Source: an uncultured virus (IMG/VR IMGVR_UViG_3300025270_001776) (lineage: Duplodnaviria > Heunggongvirae > Uroviricota > Caudoviricetes). Taken from it: 20,000 nucleotides of DNA. A program made the position numbers and the translations under genes. Under the pieces are notes generated by a model. It was not told the origin of the DNA. It worked only from the letters and a program-made list of their open reading frames with translations, and searched no databases. The DNA lies in the IMG/VR virus record IMGVR_UViG_3300025270_001776; one strand, 5' to 3'. Below, one piece after another: positions 1 to 7,767 of this stretch (the stretch's first letter is position 1; each line of letters begins with the position of its first letter).

Positions 1-562
1 CTTCCAAATAATCTATATTTCTGCGCGTACTTTTAGTAATAAATGTTAATGATTCTGTAACTGCTTGTCCTACAGATATATTATATGATACATTTGTTAA
101 AAGGCAATATTCATAGGTAATAGATTCGACTAAGTCTGGAGTTGGGTCAGTCGGATCAATAACTTTACCTATATAAGCAGCCGCGTCTGCCCCGTATAGT
201 AGAACTATATTATATTGAGGTAATTCGTTGCCTGACATCCCAAAGTTAGCAGTATTCAGAAAATAACTGGCGTCATAGGCTACAGGAGGAGATGTAGTAG
301 GCGTGTAAAAGGGTGTAGTATTTTCGTCTAGGACACGCTCAATAGTTATTTCTATATTTGGTTGTTCATACCATAAATAATTTCTTTGGGATCTTCCGAT
401 ATCGGGAAGACTATAAGAGGGCGTATCGACATTTACGCCTACAGATTGAATCCCACTTAGAAATGTAGCGTCAGTGGGATCACTAATATAAGATGTGGGG
501 CTTACTTTCTTGTACAAAACCCCTTGACAGGCATAAAATATCCTGTTATTATTATTTACCAT
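1..562 (-). CDS. Partial ORF (>=187 aa, runs off the window edge), putative virion structural protein, tail-tube-like
   Basis: Not in the ORF track. ATG at 562 overlaps the nrdJ stop (TAATG) and the frame is open to base 1: MVNNNNRIFYACQGVLYKKVSPTSYISDPTDATFLSGIQSVGVNVDTPSYSLPDIGRSQRNYLWYEQPNIEITIERVLDE...ITYEYCLLTNVSYNISVGQAVTESLTFITK. The beta-strand pattern suggests a tail-tube/Hcp fold (inference). Confidence 0.75.
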   Translation of the reverse strand, partial: MVNNNNRIFYACQGVLYKKVSPTSYISDPTDATFLSGIQSVGVNVDTPSYSLPDIGRSQRNYLWYEQPNIEITIERVLDENTTPFYTPTTSPPVAYDASYFLNTANFGMSGNELPQYNIVLLYGADAAAYIGKVIDPTDPTPDLVESITYEYCLLTNVSYNISVGQAVTESLTFITKSTRRNIDYLE

Positions 563-2742
563 TACAGGATCTCACAGGTTCCACCGGAACAAGCTAATTC
601 TTGTTGCAGCTTGGTGTTGTCTTCTTTTTCCACTACAGAAATATAATCTACATCCTGATATTCCCGGTTTAATTCAGTCCACAACTTATAATTATACACA
701 TCTTTCATACAATAAGTCAACTTCTTGATGTCATCATCAAAATATTTTTTAGTGAATCTATGGCATCTTTTTACCCAATTTCTTTTAGAGGACCCTTTAA
801 CCGGACCCCCTAGATTGAGTAGGGTATCACATGCAGCCCACAAATTATCTTCCCAAAGCGTTAAAGCTACTTCGATTAGCCCACTTACAAACATTACGCC
901 ATCCCCATGATGGGACACCATTTCACTAGGCAAATAGATGGTTGTAAAAGGGGCCTGAGGATAATCTTTATCGCCGGTAACAGGTAATAGAGAAATCCCA
1001 CAGAACCATTTTCTATTTCTGTAAATAAATTTTTCTACATCATCCCATTCACTCTCTTTGATATTAATAGTATTACTAACATTATGGCTAAGCCATGGCT
1101 GAGTGCATAAATCTTGATTTGTACCAGTAATCACCCAATTTTGTTGTGTAGATTTTACAGCGATTAGGAGGTCTAAAGCCCCCACTTTATTCTTGGTTTT
1201 TGAGCCTGCTGCCACTTCAATACAAAAGGATATCACGTCATCGCTATCATTAGCGGACCACACAGACTCCTGACAGGCTCTAGGATTAATTTTTTTAAAA
1301 TGCTTATATATATCTTCCATTTTGTTAGCCTGAACGCGCCTAATGTACCTTTTTGCGTGATGTGGGTGTATTCCAGAGCTAGTTCCTAGTATACAACTAG
1401 CAGTACCTTCTGGCTTAACACACGTACATCTGGCAGCTTGATTAATACCAATTTTTTGGGCTAATTCTTTATTCACTTGCTTTACTGTTCTAGCTGCTCT
1501 TCTTTGGAACTCAGGAGATAGACATACCTCGTGTGCCTCCATTATACCAGTCATAGAAACGCCAATAAGCGCTTCCCGTTCCATAATGTTTTTGCTGGCA
1601 TGTTCCAAATAGCCCACATCAGTAAAACCAGCTTGTAGAGTCCCAATAATAGCAGCAGCCCTTGCTGACTCATAAAGATCCTCTTCACTCTTAATTCGGG
1701 CACAATTAATTGTAGACAAATTACAGGCCTGCCATCCAGACTGACCAGTTTTTTGATCAACAGGCCAAAATCCTATTTCTACACAGGGATTCACTAAAAA
1801 CTCAGTGGAGTCTGCCCAAACAAAACCGGGCTCGCCAAACTCTCTAACTGATTGCATCAAGTCAGAAAATTGTTCTGGCGTCGTAGTCTCTCTAAGCAGT
1901 AAGGCTGAGTTATTAGAACGTCCTCTTTGAGGATTCTCATGAAACCAGTTACCTGTTTTTGCGGACGCCATTTTTGTGTCATCTGGTGAAAACAGGCATA
2001 TAGTAGCGCTTCGCCTAACACCACCACTAATAACAGCGTCAGCAGAATGCATAACAATATCATAAGCATCAATTGGACTAAGTTGTTTATTACCATGTTT
2101 AACTGTTTCATCTAAAAGACTCTTTATATTTTTAAGTGACTTTTTAAGAGGTTCCGGTCCCGGAGCCTTTCCCCCATGAGAAAGAGGGGCGCCCGCTTCT
2201 CTTATTTTTGTAAAATCAAATACTACATTTTTACCGGAGTATTCTTTAAAATCTTTTGGTCTATTAAAATAAGAATTAACCAACACACCAACTGCATCTG
2301 ACCACCCCTCTATATTATCTTCTACCGTAAACCTTTTGGTGCCTTCTTTATTTTTTACTAAATTAGGTAACTTAGCTACATGATGTTTCTGTACAGAAAA
2401 TCCAGTCCCACACCCACAAAGAAGGAGATACATGCATTCTTGAAAGAATTGTGGGCGATCACAGAAGGAGGAAATACAATTATACATCCTCATGTTATGT
2501 TTAAGAATGGGTTTTCCACCAAATTGTAAGGCACGTTGAGATCCTAAAACACGTCTCTTCTTCATCATATCATATGCCCACTCGATATCCTCATGTATCT
2601 CTGAAATATCTTCGTATTTTTTGAGCATCATTTTTTTTACACGATCTACAGTTTCATGCCATGTTTCTCTTCTTTTTTTGTCTGATATCCATCGGGCATA
2701 TTTAGCGACAAAAGTATAATCCATCAGCGATTTGATCGACAT
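562..2742 (-). CDS. nrdJ: Class II (adenosylcobalamin-dependent, monomeric RTPR-type) ribonucleotide reductase
   Basis: 726 aa with YNC, GxGTGFSV, GGVRRSA, NPCVEI active-site loop, ACNLSTIN, VKPEGTAS...GTSSGIHP and C-terminal redox pair ACSGGTCEIL. No intein seen. Confidence 0.95.
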   Translation of the reverse strand: MSIKSLMDYTFVAKYARWISDKKRRETWHETVDRVKKMMLKKYEDISEIHEDIEWAYDMMKKRRVLGSQRALQFGGKPILKHNMRMYNCISSFCDRPQFFQECMYLLLCGCGTGFSVQKHHVAKLPNLVKNKEGTKRFTVEDNIEGWSDAVGVLVNSYFNRPKDFKEYSGKNVVFDFTKIREAGAPLSHGGKAPGPEPLKKSLKNIKSLLDETVKHGNKQLSPIDAYDIVMHSADAVISGGVRRSATICLFSPDDTKMASAKTGNWFHENPQRGRSNNSALLLRETTTPEQFSDLMQSVREFGEPGFVWADSTEFLVNPCVEIGFWPVDQKTGQSGWQACNLSTINCARIKSEEDLYESARAAAIIGTLQAGFTDVGYLEHASKNIMEREALIGVSMTGIMEAHEVCLSPEFQRRAARTVKQVNKELAQKIGINQAARCTCVKPEGTASCILGTSSGIHPHHAKRYIRRVQANKMEDIYKHFKKINPRACQESVWSANDSDDVISFCIEVAAGSKTKNKVGALDLLIAVKSTQQNWVITGTNQDLCTQPWLSHNVSNTINIKESEWDDVEKFIYRNRKWFCGISLLPVTGDKDYPQAPFTTIYLPSEMVSHHGDGVMFVSGLIEVALTLWEDNLWAACDTLLNLGGPVKGSSKRNWVKRCHRFTKKYFDDDIKKLTYCMKDVYNYKLWTELNREYQDVDYISVVEKEDNTKLQQELACSGGTCEIL

Positions 2743-2757
2743 GAAATATATTTTCCT

Positions 2758-3213
2758 TTAGGTAATCTTTAAATCAAGATTTGTTTTAACATTGTAGATC
2801 TCTAGACCGTTCTTAACTAAAAATTGATGTACAGATGTATCGTTATCATTCTTGGAAGATACAAAAGAATCTTTTTCTATGTACCACTTATTAATGCCAT
2901 TTTGCCATAATAGTTTAGCACACCGAAAACATGGATAATGTGTGACATACGCTTTAAGGGGACCAAAATATCTGCGTTCCATATTAGATACGGCATTTTC
3001 TTCAGCATGAACCATAAACGGATATTTTTCTGGACGAAAAGTAGGAAGGACAGAGTCGTTACAACCTGCTGGAAAACCATTGTAACCCATACCTACTACA
3101 TGATTAAGTGTATTAACTAAAACGCACCCAACCCTAGTCTCGCTATCGTGACTACGGATGGATGCGTAATGAGCCATACCCATAAAATACTGATCCCAAG
3201 ACGGTCTGTCCAT
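2758..3213 (-). CDS. dCMP deaminase (ComEB/cytidine deaminase family)
   Basis: RPSWDQYFM N-terminus, GYNGFP, HAEENA and PCFRC zinc-binding motifs. Confidence 0.93.
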   Translation of the reverse strand: MDRPSWDQYFMGMAHYASIRSHDSETRVGCVLVNTLNHVVGMGYNGFPAGCNDSVLPTFRPEKYPFMVHAEENAVSNMERRYFGPLKAYVTHYPCFRCAKLLWQNGINKWYIEKDSFVSSKNDNDTSVHQFLVKNGLEIYNVKTNLDLKIT

Positions 3214-3249
3214 TGTTTATTCCAAATTAAGAGATAGCCTGACACTTAC

Positions 3250-3278
3250 ATTATCTACAATTATCTAGCTTTTGTCAA
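3250..3278 (-). promoter_or_regulatory. sigma70-type promoter for dCMP deaminase and nrdJ
   Basis: Minus strand TTGACA-N17-GATAAT with an A/T-rich upstream tract, 36 nt before the ATG at 3213. Confidence 0.8.
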
Positions 3279-3295
3279 ACATTTTTTTGTAAAAA

Positions 3296-3604
3296 CTATC
3301 GGTTTCTCAATGTATTAATCATAACATCAAACTTTTCATTAAGTTTATCATTTAAGTGTAGTTTGCAGTCTGCCACGCTACTTTCTAGGTTGTCTATTTT
3401 TGTTTCTATTTTGCCTTCTAGGCTATCGACTTTATTTTCTAAAGATGTTAATCTTCTATTTAATGAATCGTTCACTCTCTCCTCCAGTAAAATAATTTTT
3501 TTACCATGAGTCATAATAGTAAACAACATCCAGCCCATTAAGGGTATAAATACCATACCGACAACTTCAGCTATACTTTTAAGCAGTTGCCATGTATCAG
3601 TCAT
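3296..3604 (-). CDS. Hypothetical protein with N-terminal TM helix and coiled coil
   Basis: Hydrophobic stretch IAEVVGMVFIPLMGWMLFTIM followed by heptads (LENKVDSLEGKIETKIDNLE). Confidence 0.8.
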   Translation of the reverse strand: MTDTWQLLKSIAEVVGMVFIPLMGWMLFTIMTHGKKIILLEERVNDSLNRRLTSLENKVDSLEGKIETKIDNLESSVADCKLHLNDKLNEKFDVMINTLRNR

Positions 3605-3625
3605 AACAAGCCTTTCATATAAAAT

Positions 3626-3660
3626 AAAAAAAAAAGGGGGAGAGAAATTCCCTCCCCCTT
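3626..3660 (-). terminator. Rho-independent terminator
   Basis: Minus strand AAGGGGGAGGGAATTTCTCTCCCCCTT hairpin running into a T10 tract, just after the stop at 3675. Confidence 0.9.
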
Positions 3661-3674
3661 CTTATAAGTTTAGA

Positions 3675-4373
3675 TTACATACCAGTAATTGGTGAATAAT
3701 CGAAGAAGTCACCGCCAGTTGCGACAGTAAGATCAACGAAATCAACTTTCATTACCAACTCACCCGGAATGGCTCTAGTTGGATTAGCAGCCTTGTCTGT
3801 TCTAGCACCAGTAGCACCAGCAATCGGGTCCCACATATTGGTAGTAGACAGGGTGTCTGGAGCAGTCGCGGTATCCATACCACCAGTAGCCACGTCTAGC
3901 CAGTTAATTCTGGAGTCGGTCATTTTGGCTCCAGTACGTGTGGTATGTGTCCAGCTAAACCGATCAGCACGGAATGCCGTGACAATCTTAGCCCCATAAT
4001 CATGCTGGAATTGAAGAATCGCTTGATTCGAGGTGCCAACGCCCATGAATAGCAAGTTTGTTTTAGCCACACCAGAAAGGGTGGTGGATTGACGAGCAAT
4101 AACATATTTGCCCTCAGCTTCGTAGGCAAACGTACCAGCGCTTAAAGCCTTTTGAGCATTATAAGCGCCATTACCAGTAATAATTCTAGGTAGCGTGTTA
4201 GAGTCTGCGGCGAGCGATACGCCATCTTTAAGAGAGAGCGCTTTGGTGATAACTGCACCAAGTCCGCTGGTCACAGCTGAATTCTGTAGAATGCATCCAC
4301 CTTCTACTGCAAAAATAAAAGCGCCGCCCGTCGTGTTAACTAAATAAGCACTTGTAGATGTAGGAACTGCCAT
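3675..4373 (-). CDS. Hypothetical Ala/Thr/Gly-rich protein, putative virion structural protein
   Basis: ORF track start is 4388, but GGAGG lies 8 nt before the ATG at 4373 (MAVPTSTS). Low-charge composition, its own upstream motif and a strong downstream terminator suggest high expression. Structural role is inference. Confidence 0.8.
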   Translation of the reverse strand: MAVPTSTSAYLVNTTGGAFIFAVEGGCILQNSAVTSGLGAVITKALSLKDGVSLAADSNTLPRIITGNGAYNAQKALSAGTFAYEAEGKYVIARQSTTLSGVAKTNLLFMGVGTSNQAILQFQHDYGAKIVTAFRADRFSWTHTTRTGAKMTDSRINWLDVATGGMDTATAPDTLSTTNMWDPIAGATGARTDKAANPTRAIPGELVMKVDFVDLTVATGGDFFDYSPITGM

Positions 4374-4446
4374 TAGATAAGCCTCCATAATGGAAATAAA
4401 TATATGTTCCTACAATATCCAAAAACGGTCCGGTTCCTATCTAACA

Positions 4447-4453
4447 ATACACA
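4447..4453 (-). promoter_or_regulatory. Putative phage-specific promoter motif TGTGTAT (copy 1)
   Basis: Intergenic TTTTGTGTATTGTTAGATAG; the same 7-mer is intergenic at 5583-5589 and 17842-17848. Confidence 0.5.
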
Positions 4454-4463
4454 AAAAGCCGTC

Positions 4464-4916
4464 TCATCGGTTTATTTTTTCAAATGATTTTAAGGCTTTT
4501 TTAAATCTTCTTCTAGCGGTTTCTCGACTGTAACCGTTTTGCCGTCCCATTTCTTCCATGGTCATGCCGTATACATATTTTTGTTTAATCAAAATAGTAT
4601 ATTCATCACTTAAACCGTCTAGCACATGATCTATATCGTCTATAACCTCACTAGACTTTTCGATATTTTTACAGCTGAACTCCCTTTTCTTTTTTTTCAT
4701 AGTATTTTTTATAGCATAGTCAAGCTGTTGATATAGAAACGTAGTAAACTTAGTTTTTTTAGATGGATCATATCTGTTAAGACATCTCCAAAGTGTAGTT
4801 AATTTTAGTGAATACAAATCGTCTGCGCTTAAAGCAGTAGAATATCTTGCGCAAACCTTATTCATAACCTTAATATTATCAATATTGCTCAAGGATTCTT
4901 CAAAAGTTCTATCCAT
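4464..4916 (-). CDS. Phage-encoded sigma-70 family RNA polymerase sigma factor (regions 2 and 4 only)
   Basis: Region-2-like DDLYSLKLTTLWRCLNRYDPSKKTKFTTFLYQQLDYAI and region-4 HTH LSDEYTILIKQKYVYGMTMEEMGRQNGYSRETARRRFKKAL; 150 aa. Confidence 0.85.
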   Translation of the reverse strand: MDRTFEESLSNIDNIKVMNKVCARYSTALSADDLYSLKLTTLWRCLNRYDPSKKTKFTTFLYQQLDYAIKNTMKKKKREFSCKNIEKSSEVIDDIDHVLDGLSDEYTILIKQKYVYGMTMEEMGRQNGYSRETARRRFKKALKSFEKINR

Positions 4917-5544
4917 TCGTGCTCCTTAATATAACACCACCTAATTTTTGCTTGAGGGCTTCCAATTCACTAAGTTCATCTAAATACTGTTTATTCATAT
5001 CGTCTGAAACTATATAATCTATTTCTCCTTGTGGTGAAACAAATATAGACCAATATCTATTGGTGTCCAGTTGTTCTTTAACCAAATCAACAGCCAACAT
5101 TATTTCTGCGTCGTCGAGAACTTCGCTCACGGTGTAATTACATATTGTATCTTCTATTTCTTTTCTGACTTCGGAAGTATTGAACATTTTTGCAATACCC
5201 ACAAAAAATGTATATCTTCCAAGAGGTTTTAAGGCCTCAATACCGTTAACATCTTCTAGCACTTCAATTATTTCATTAGTTAAATCAAAATTGGTATAGC
5301 ACATCCAACAATCCCACCTATCGGATGGTTTAAGTGAGGACTCTGCTGGGTAAGGCCCATATGGGGTGTACACTACCTTTTGTTTGACGGGAACAAAATA
5401 TTCTTTCAAAAGTCCTTCTGGATCAGTGTCCATCATACCAAATTCTTCGTTTTCTTCTTCTGGTTGGGGTTTCTCTTCTCTTAATATTTCTTCTATTTTG
5501 GCATTCCAGCTCTCCCAGCCTATTTTTTTAGATGTGGACATCAT
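4909..5544 (-). CDS. Hypothetical acidic protein
   Basis: Start revised from 5580 to the ATG at 5544 because of an AAGGAG Shine-Dalgarno upstream. Its stop overlaps the sigma gene start by 8 nt. Confidence 0.8.
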   Translation of the reverse strand: MMSTSKKIGWESWNAKIEEILREEKPQPEEENEEFGMMDTDPEGLLKEYFVPVKQKVVYTPYGPYPAESSLKPSDRWDCWMCYTNFDLTNEIIEVLEDVNGIEALKPLGRYTFFVGIAKMFNTSEVRKEIEDTICNYTVSEVLDDAEIMLAVDLVKEQLDTNRYWSIFVSPQGEIDYIVSDDMNKQYLDELSELEALKQKLGGVILRSTNG

Positions 5545-5582
5545 ATATCTCCTTAAAGCTAGGACTATATATACTATCAAGT

Positions 5583-5589
5583 ATACACA
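5583..5589 (-). promoter_or_regulatory. Putative phage-specific promoter motif TGTGTAT (copy 2)
   Basis: TAATGTGTATACTTGATAG immediately after the stop at 5590 and about 40 nt before the ATG at 5544. Confidence 0.5.
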
Positions 5590-5931
5590 TTATGGCTTGA
5601 CTTGTAGTGGAGATACTGCCACATCATCCTTATTTTTATTTGACACATGAAGTTCCTGTAATTGGGTATATTTAACTAAGAGTTTATTGAATTCTTCTTG
5701 TCTACCACCAGACACACATTTTTCATAAAGATCCTCTAATAGAATAGTAACCAAATTATCATATTTTAATTTATACAATATGGTAGCTAAAAAATCAATG
5801 TTTACTTCTCCATCTTGCCACCCACATTCAAAAAAAACCATACCTTCGTGATCCGTAGATACTGTTACGAAACAGCTTTTTTCGTCATCTTCTGAAGGTG
5901 GAAGATCCGAATTTTGAGATAAGTTCGACAT
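5590..5931 (-). CDS. Hypothetical protein
   Basis: ORF track 5590-5991; the ATG at 5931 (MSNLSQNS) reduces the overlap with the upstream gene. Tiles with neighbours. Confidence 0.7.
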   Translation of the reverse strand: MSNLSQNSDLPPSEDDEKSCFVTVSTDHEGMVFFECGWQDGEVNIDFLATILYKLKYDNLVTILLEDLYEKCVSGGRQEEFNKLLVKYTQLQELHVSNKNKDDVAVSPLQVKP

Positions 5932-6289
5932 AGTAAGGGTCCAGCTCCGGTAGGTGGGATTTTTCCATTTTATCAAAAGTATAAAAATCACCCTTTTTTT
6001 CTATTACACCAGAAAGAGATAGTGTTGTTATGTAAATCACTTCGGCCTCAGATAGGTTTAATTTTCTGAAACCGCACAACATCTTTGTAGCCCATTCATA
6101 GTCTACATTTAAATATTTTTCATGTATAGAGCGAAGGGTGGATGACTCATCTCCTGTTCCCATATATGCGGAAGGTAAAAACCCCTCATTAGTTAGGAGG
6201 GTCTTAATGTAATTATCATCGGTAGGAAACAGAGATTTATTCATTGTTATCACAAGATAACTAATTTTAATCTTCATTTGTTGACTCAT
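5885..6289 (-). CDS. Hypothetical protein
   Basis: 134 aa ORF tiling between neighbours; the true start may be the ATG at 6277. Confidence 0.7.
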   Translation of the reverse strand: MSQQMKIKISYLVITMNKSLFPTDDNYIKTLLTNEGFLPSAYMGTGDESSTLRSIHEKYLNVDYEWATKMLCGFRKLNLSEAEVIYITTLSLSGVIEKKGDFYTFDKMEKSHLPELDPYYVELISKFGSSTFRR

Positions 6290-6521
6290 CGAGATCTTGT
6301 GCTGACTGTAACTGTTGCATCATTTGTGACTTCATCTCTTGAATCACATTAAAATTGCTTTGGGCCGATTCATACTTCTTAACGGCATTTATAAATTCCC
6401 CAAAAACATCGGGGTGTTCACCAATACCTACCGAACTGGTCATGTAGAGATTAAGAGTAAGAGCGTGCTCATCCATAAGAGCCTTAAAGAGTGATTCGGC
6501 AGCGTTCAAAAAATTATTCAT
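6267..6521 (-). CDS. Small conserved phage hypothetical protein (VGIGEHPD motif)
   Basis: GGGAG SD before the ATG at 6521. The helix-VGIGEHPD-helix pattern is one I recall from small proteins of large myoviruses. Confidence 0.8.
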   Translation of the reverse strand: MNNFLNAAESLFKALMDEHALTLNLYMTSSVGIGEHPDVFGEFINAVKKYESAQSNFNVIQEMKSQMMQQLQSAQDLDESTNED

Positions 6522-6534
6522 GTTTTCTCCCAAT

Positions 6535-6578
6535 AAAAAAGAAAAAGTGAGTCGCTATACTCCATTATAGCAACTCAC
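6535..6578 (-). terminator. Rho-independent terminator overlapping a promoter
   Basis: 13-bp stem GTGAGTTGCTATA / TATAGCGACTCAC (one U-G pair), 6-nt loop ATGGAG, then TTTTTCTTTTTT. Confidence 0.8.
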
Positions 6579-6592
6579 CTTCAATATGTCAA
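6564..6592 (-). promoter_or_regulatory. Perfect-consensus sigma70 promoter
   Basis: Minus strand TTGACA-N17-TATAAT preceded by two A8 tracts (UP-element-like). Confidence 0.92.
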
Positions 6593-6643
6593 TTTTTTTT
6601 ACTTTTTTTTGAAAGTAACTTGGAATTGACTTACCTATATTAT

Positions 6644-6823
6644 TCAGACGGTTTCCCGTACCGTGTCGCCAATAATCCATGCAGCGACAATAGTCGTAAC
6701 ACCCACAATTTGCTCAGTGTCGAATTCCATACCAAAAATTTCTGAGCCAACCACAGCGATAACGCCAGCAGCGGCTACCCAAAAACGACGCGATTTAAGC
6801 AACGAAACAAGTTTATCTTTCAT
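6644..6823 (-). CDS. Small two-TM membrane protein, holin-like (59 aa)
   Basis: Not in the ORF track (<60 aa). AGGAG SD; MKDKLVSLLKSRRFWVAAAGVIAVVGSEIFGMEFDTEQIVGVTTIVAAWIIGDTVRETV. LKSRxFW start plus two hydrophobic helices resembles small phage holin-like proteins. Confidence 0.8.
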   Translation of the reverse strand: MKDKLVSLLKSRRFWVAAAGVIAVVGSEIFGMEFDTEQIVGVTTIVAAWIIGDTVRETV

Positions 6824-6848
6824 AACAGTTCTCCTATAAAGTAAAATT

Positions 6849-7496
6849 TTAGCCGTCCGTGTTCACACAAATACTAGGTCCATACAGTTTCTGTATTTTT
6901 TGTATATCGTCTGCCTGTGGCCCCAAAGAGTTATTTATATAAGGAAACATTAACGCATTTTCATCATTAGAATGGTCGAGACCTAATAAATGTCCGATTT
7001 CATGAGCGGCTACAGATCGTAATACGATACCCTGAAGATAATCCTCAGGTATTACCCATTTTTCAGCGAGGTCAAACTTAGTCAACAGCTGACCATCAAA
7101 ATCTTTGTCATTCGGCATTTGTGCCCAAGCTAATATGCCTCCCCTTCTACCGAAACCCTCACGCCATCTACGTCCCACGCTAATGATAATATCGGCTTCA
7201 TTTGAACGGTTGGTGTGCTCAAAAACAAGTGGAGTTATTGCAGACCAAGCGTCAAAAGCGAGCTTAAATTCGTGATCCCATACATCTCTTTCTAATTCTC
7301 TCGTGTCCCTGCCTTGCATATGATAAGAAAGATTATTTTTTCCCCATTTTGATTTTTTTCCAGATACATCCTCTATTGAATCTTTAACGCCACATCTTGG
7401 ATAGTTTTTTGATATCGAGTATGCTTCGTTTTGATTATATATTGAAAAACCTAAAAATGCCGACAAGGTACCAGCACAAAATTTTCTTCTTCTCAT
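6849..7496 (-). CDS. Matrixin / MMP-like zinc metallopeptidase (M10 family) with N-terminal leader and cysteine switch
   Basis: HEIGHLLGLDHS metzincin motif, ALMFP Met-turn, AFDAWSAITPLVF, ADIIIS, PRCGVKD and an MRRRKF leader. Confidence 0.92.
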   Translation of the reverse strand: MRRRKFCAGTLSAFLGFSIYNQNEAYSISKNYPRCGVKDSIEDVSGKKSKWGKNNLSYHMQGRDTRELERDVWDHEFKLAFDAWSAITPLVFEHTNRSNEADIIISVGRRWREGFGRRGGILAWAQMPNDKDFDGQLLTKFDLAEKWVIPEDYLQGIVLRSVAAHEIGHLLGLDHSNDENALMFPYINNSLGPQADDIQKIQKLYGPSICVNTDG

Positions 7497-7507
7497 CGTA
7501 ACCCCCT

Positions 7508-7546
7508 AAAAAAGCACTAAAGCCCCCAATCCATTGAGAGCCTTAG
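7508..7546 (-). terminator. Putative intrinsic terminator or hairpin
   Basis: Minus strand CTAAGGCTCTCAA-TGGA-TTGGGGGCTTTAG (three G-U pairs) followed by TGCTTTTTT. Confidence 0.6.
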
Positions 7547-7556
7547 AGTTTACATC

Positions 7557-7739
7557 CTAGTCTTTTACAAACAGCTGTTTGAAAGAATCTACAGACCACC
7601 ATCCCTGCCACACACCACCGAAAAACACACCAGCGCCGACACAAGCCAAAAAGAGCAACGGTCGACGGTTTGCTAATTCGAGGGGATGCGTGAGGCCATA
7701 AATTAGGCTTCGTAACGGTTTTTTTTCGTCAAAACCCAT
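7557..7739 (-). CDS. Small membrane protein
   Basis: 60 aa with TM segment LLFLACVGAGVFFGGVW; AAGGGG SD. Confidence 0.75.
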   Translation of the reverse strand: MGFDEKKPLRSLIYGLTHPLELANRRPLLFLACVGAGVFFGGVWQGWWSVDSFKQLFVKD

Positions 7740-7767
7740 GATTACCCCTTTGTAAACAGGAAATTAA

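Noticed and set aside
392..410. Imperfect palindrome TCTTCCGATATCGGGAAGA
   Set aside because: Lies inside a coding frame, is bulged and has no U-tract; probably chance.
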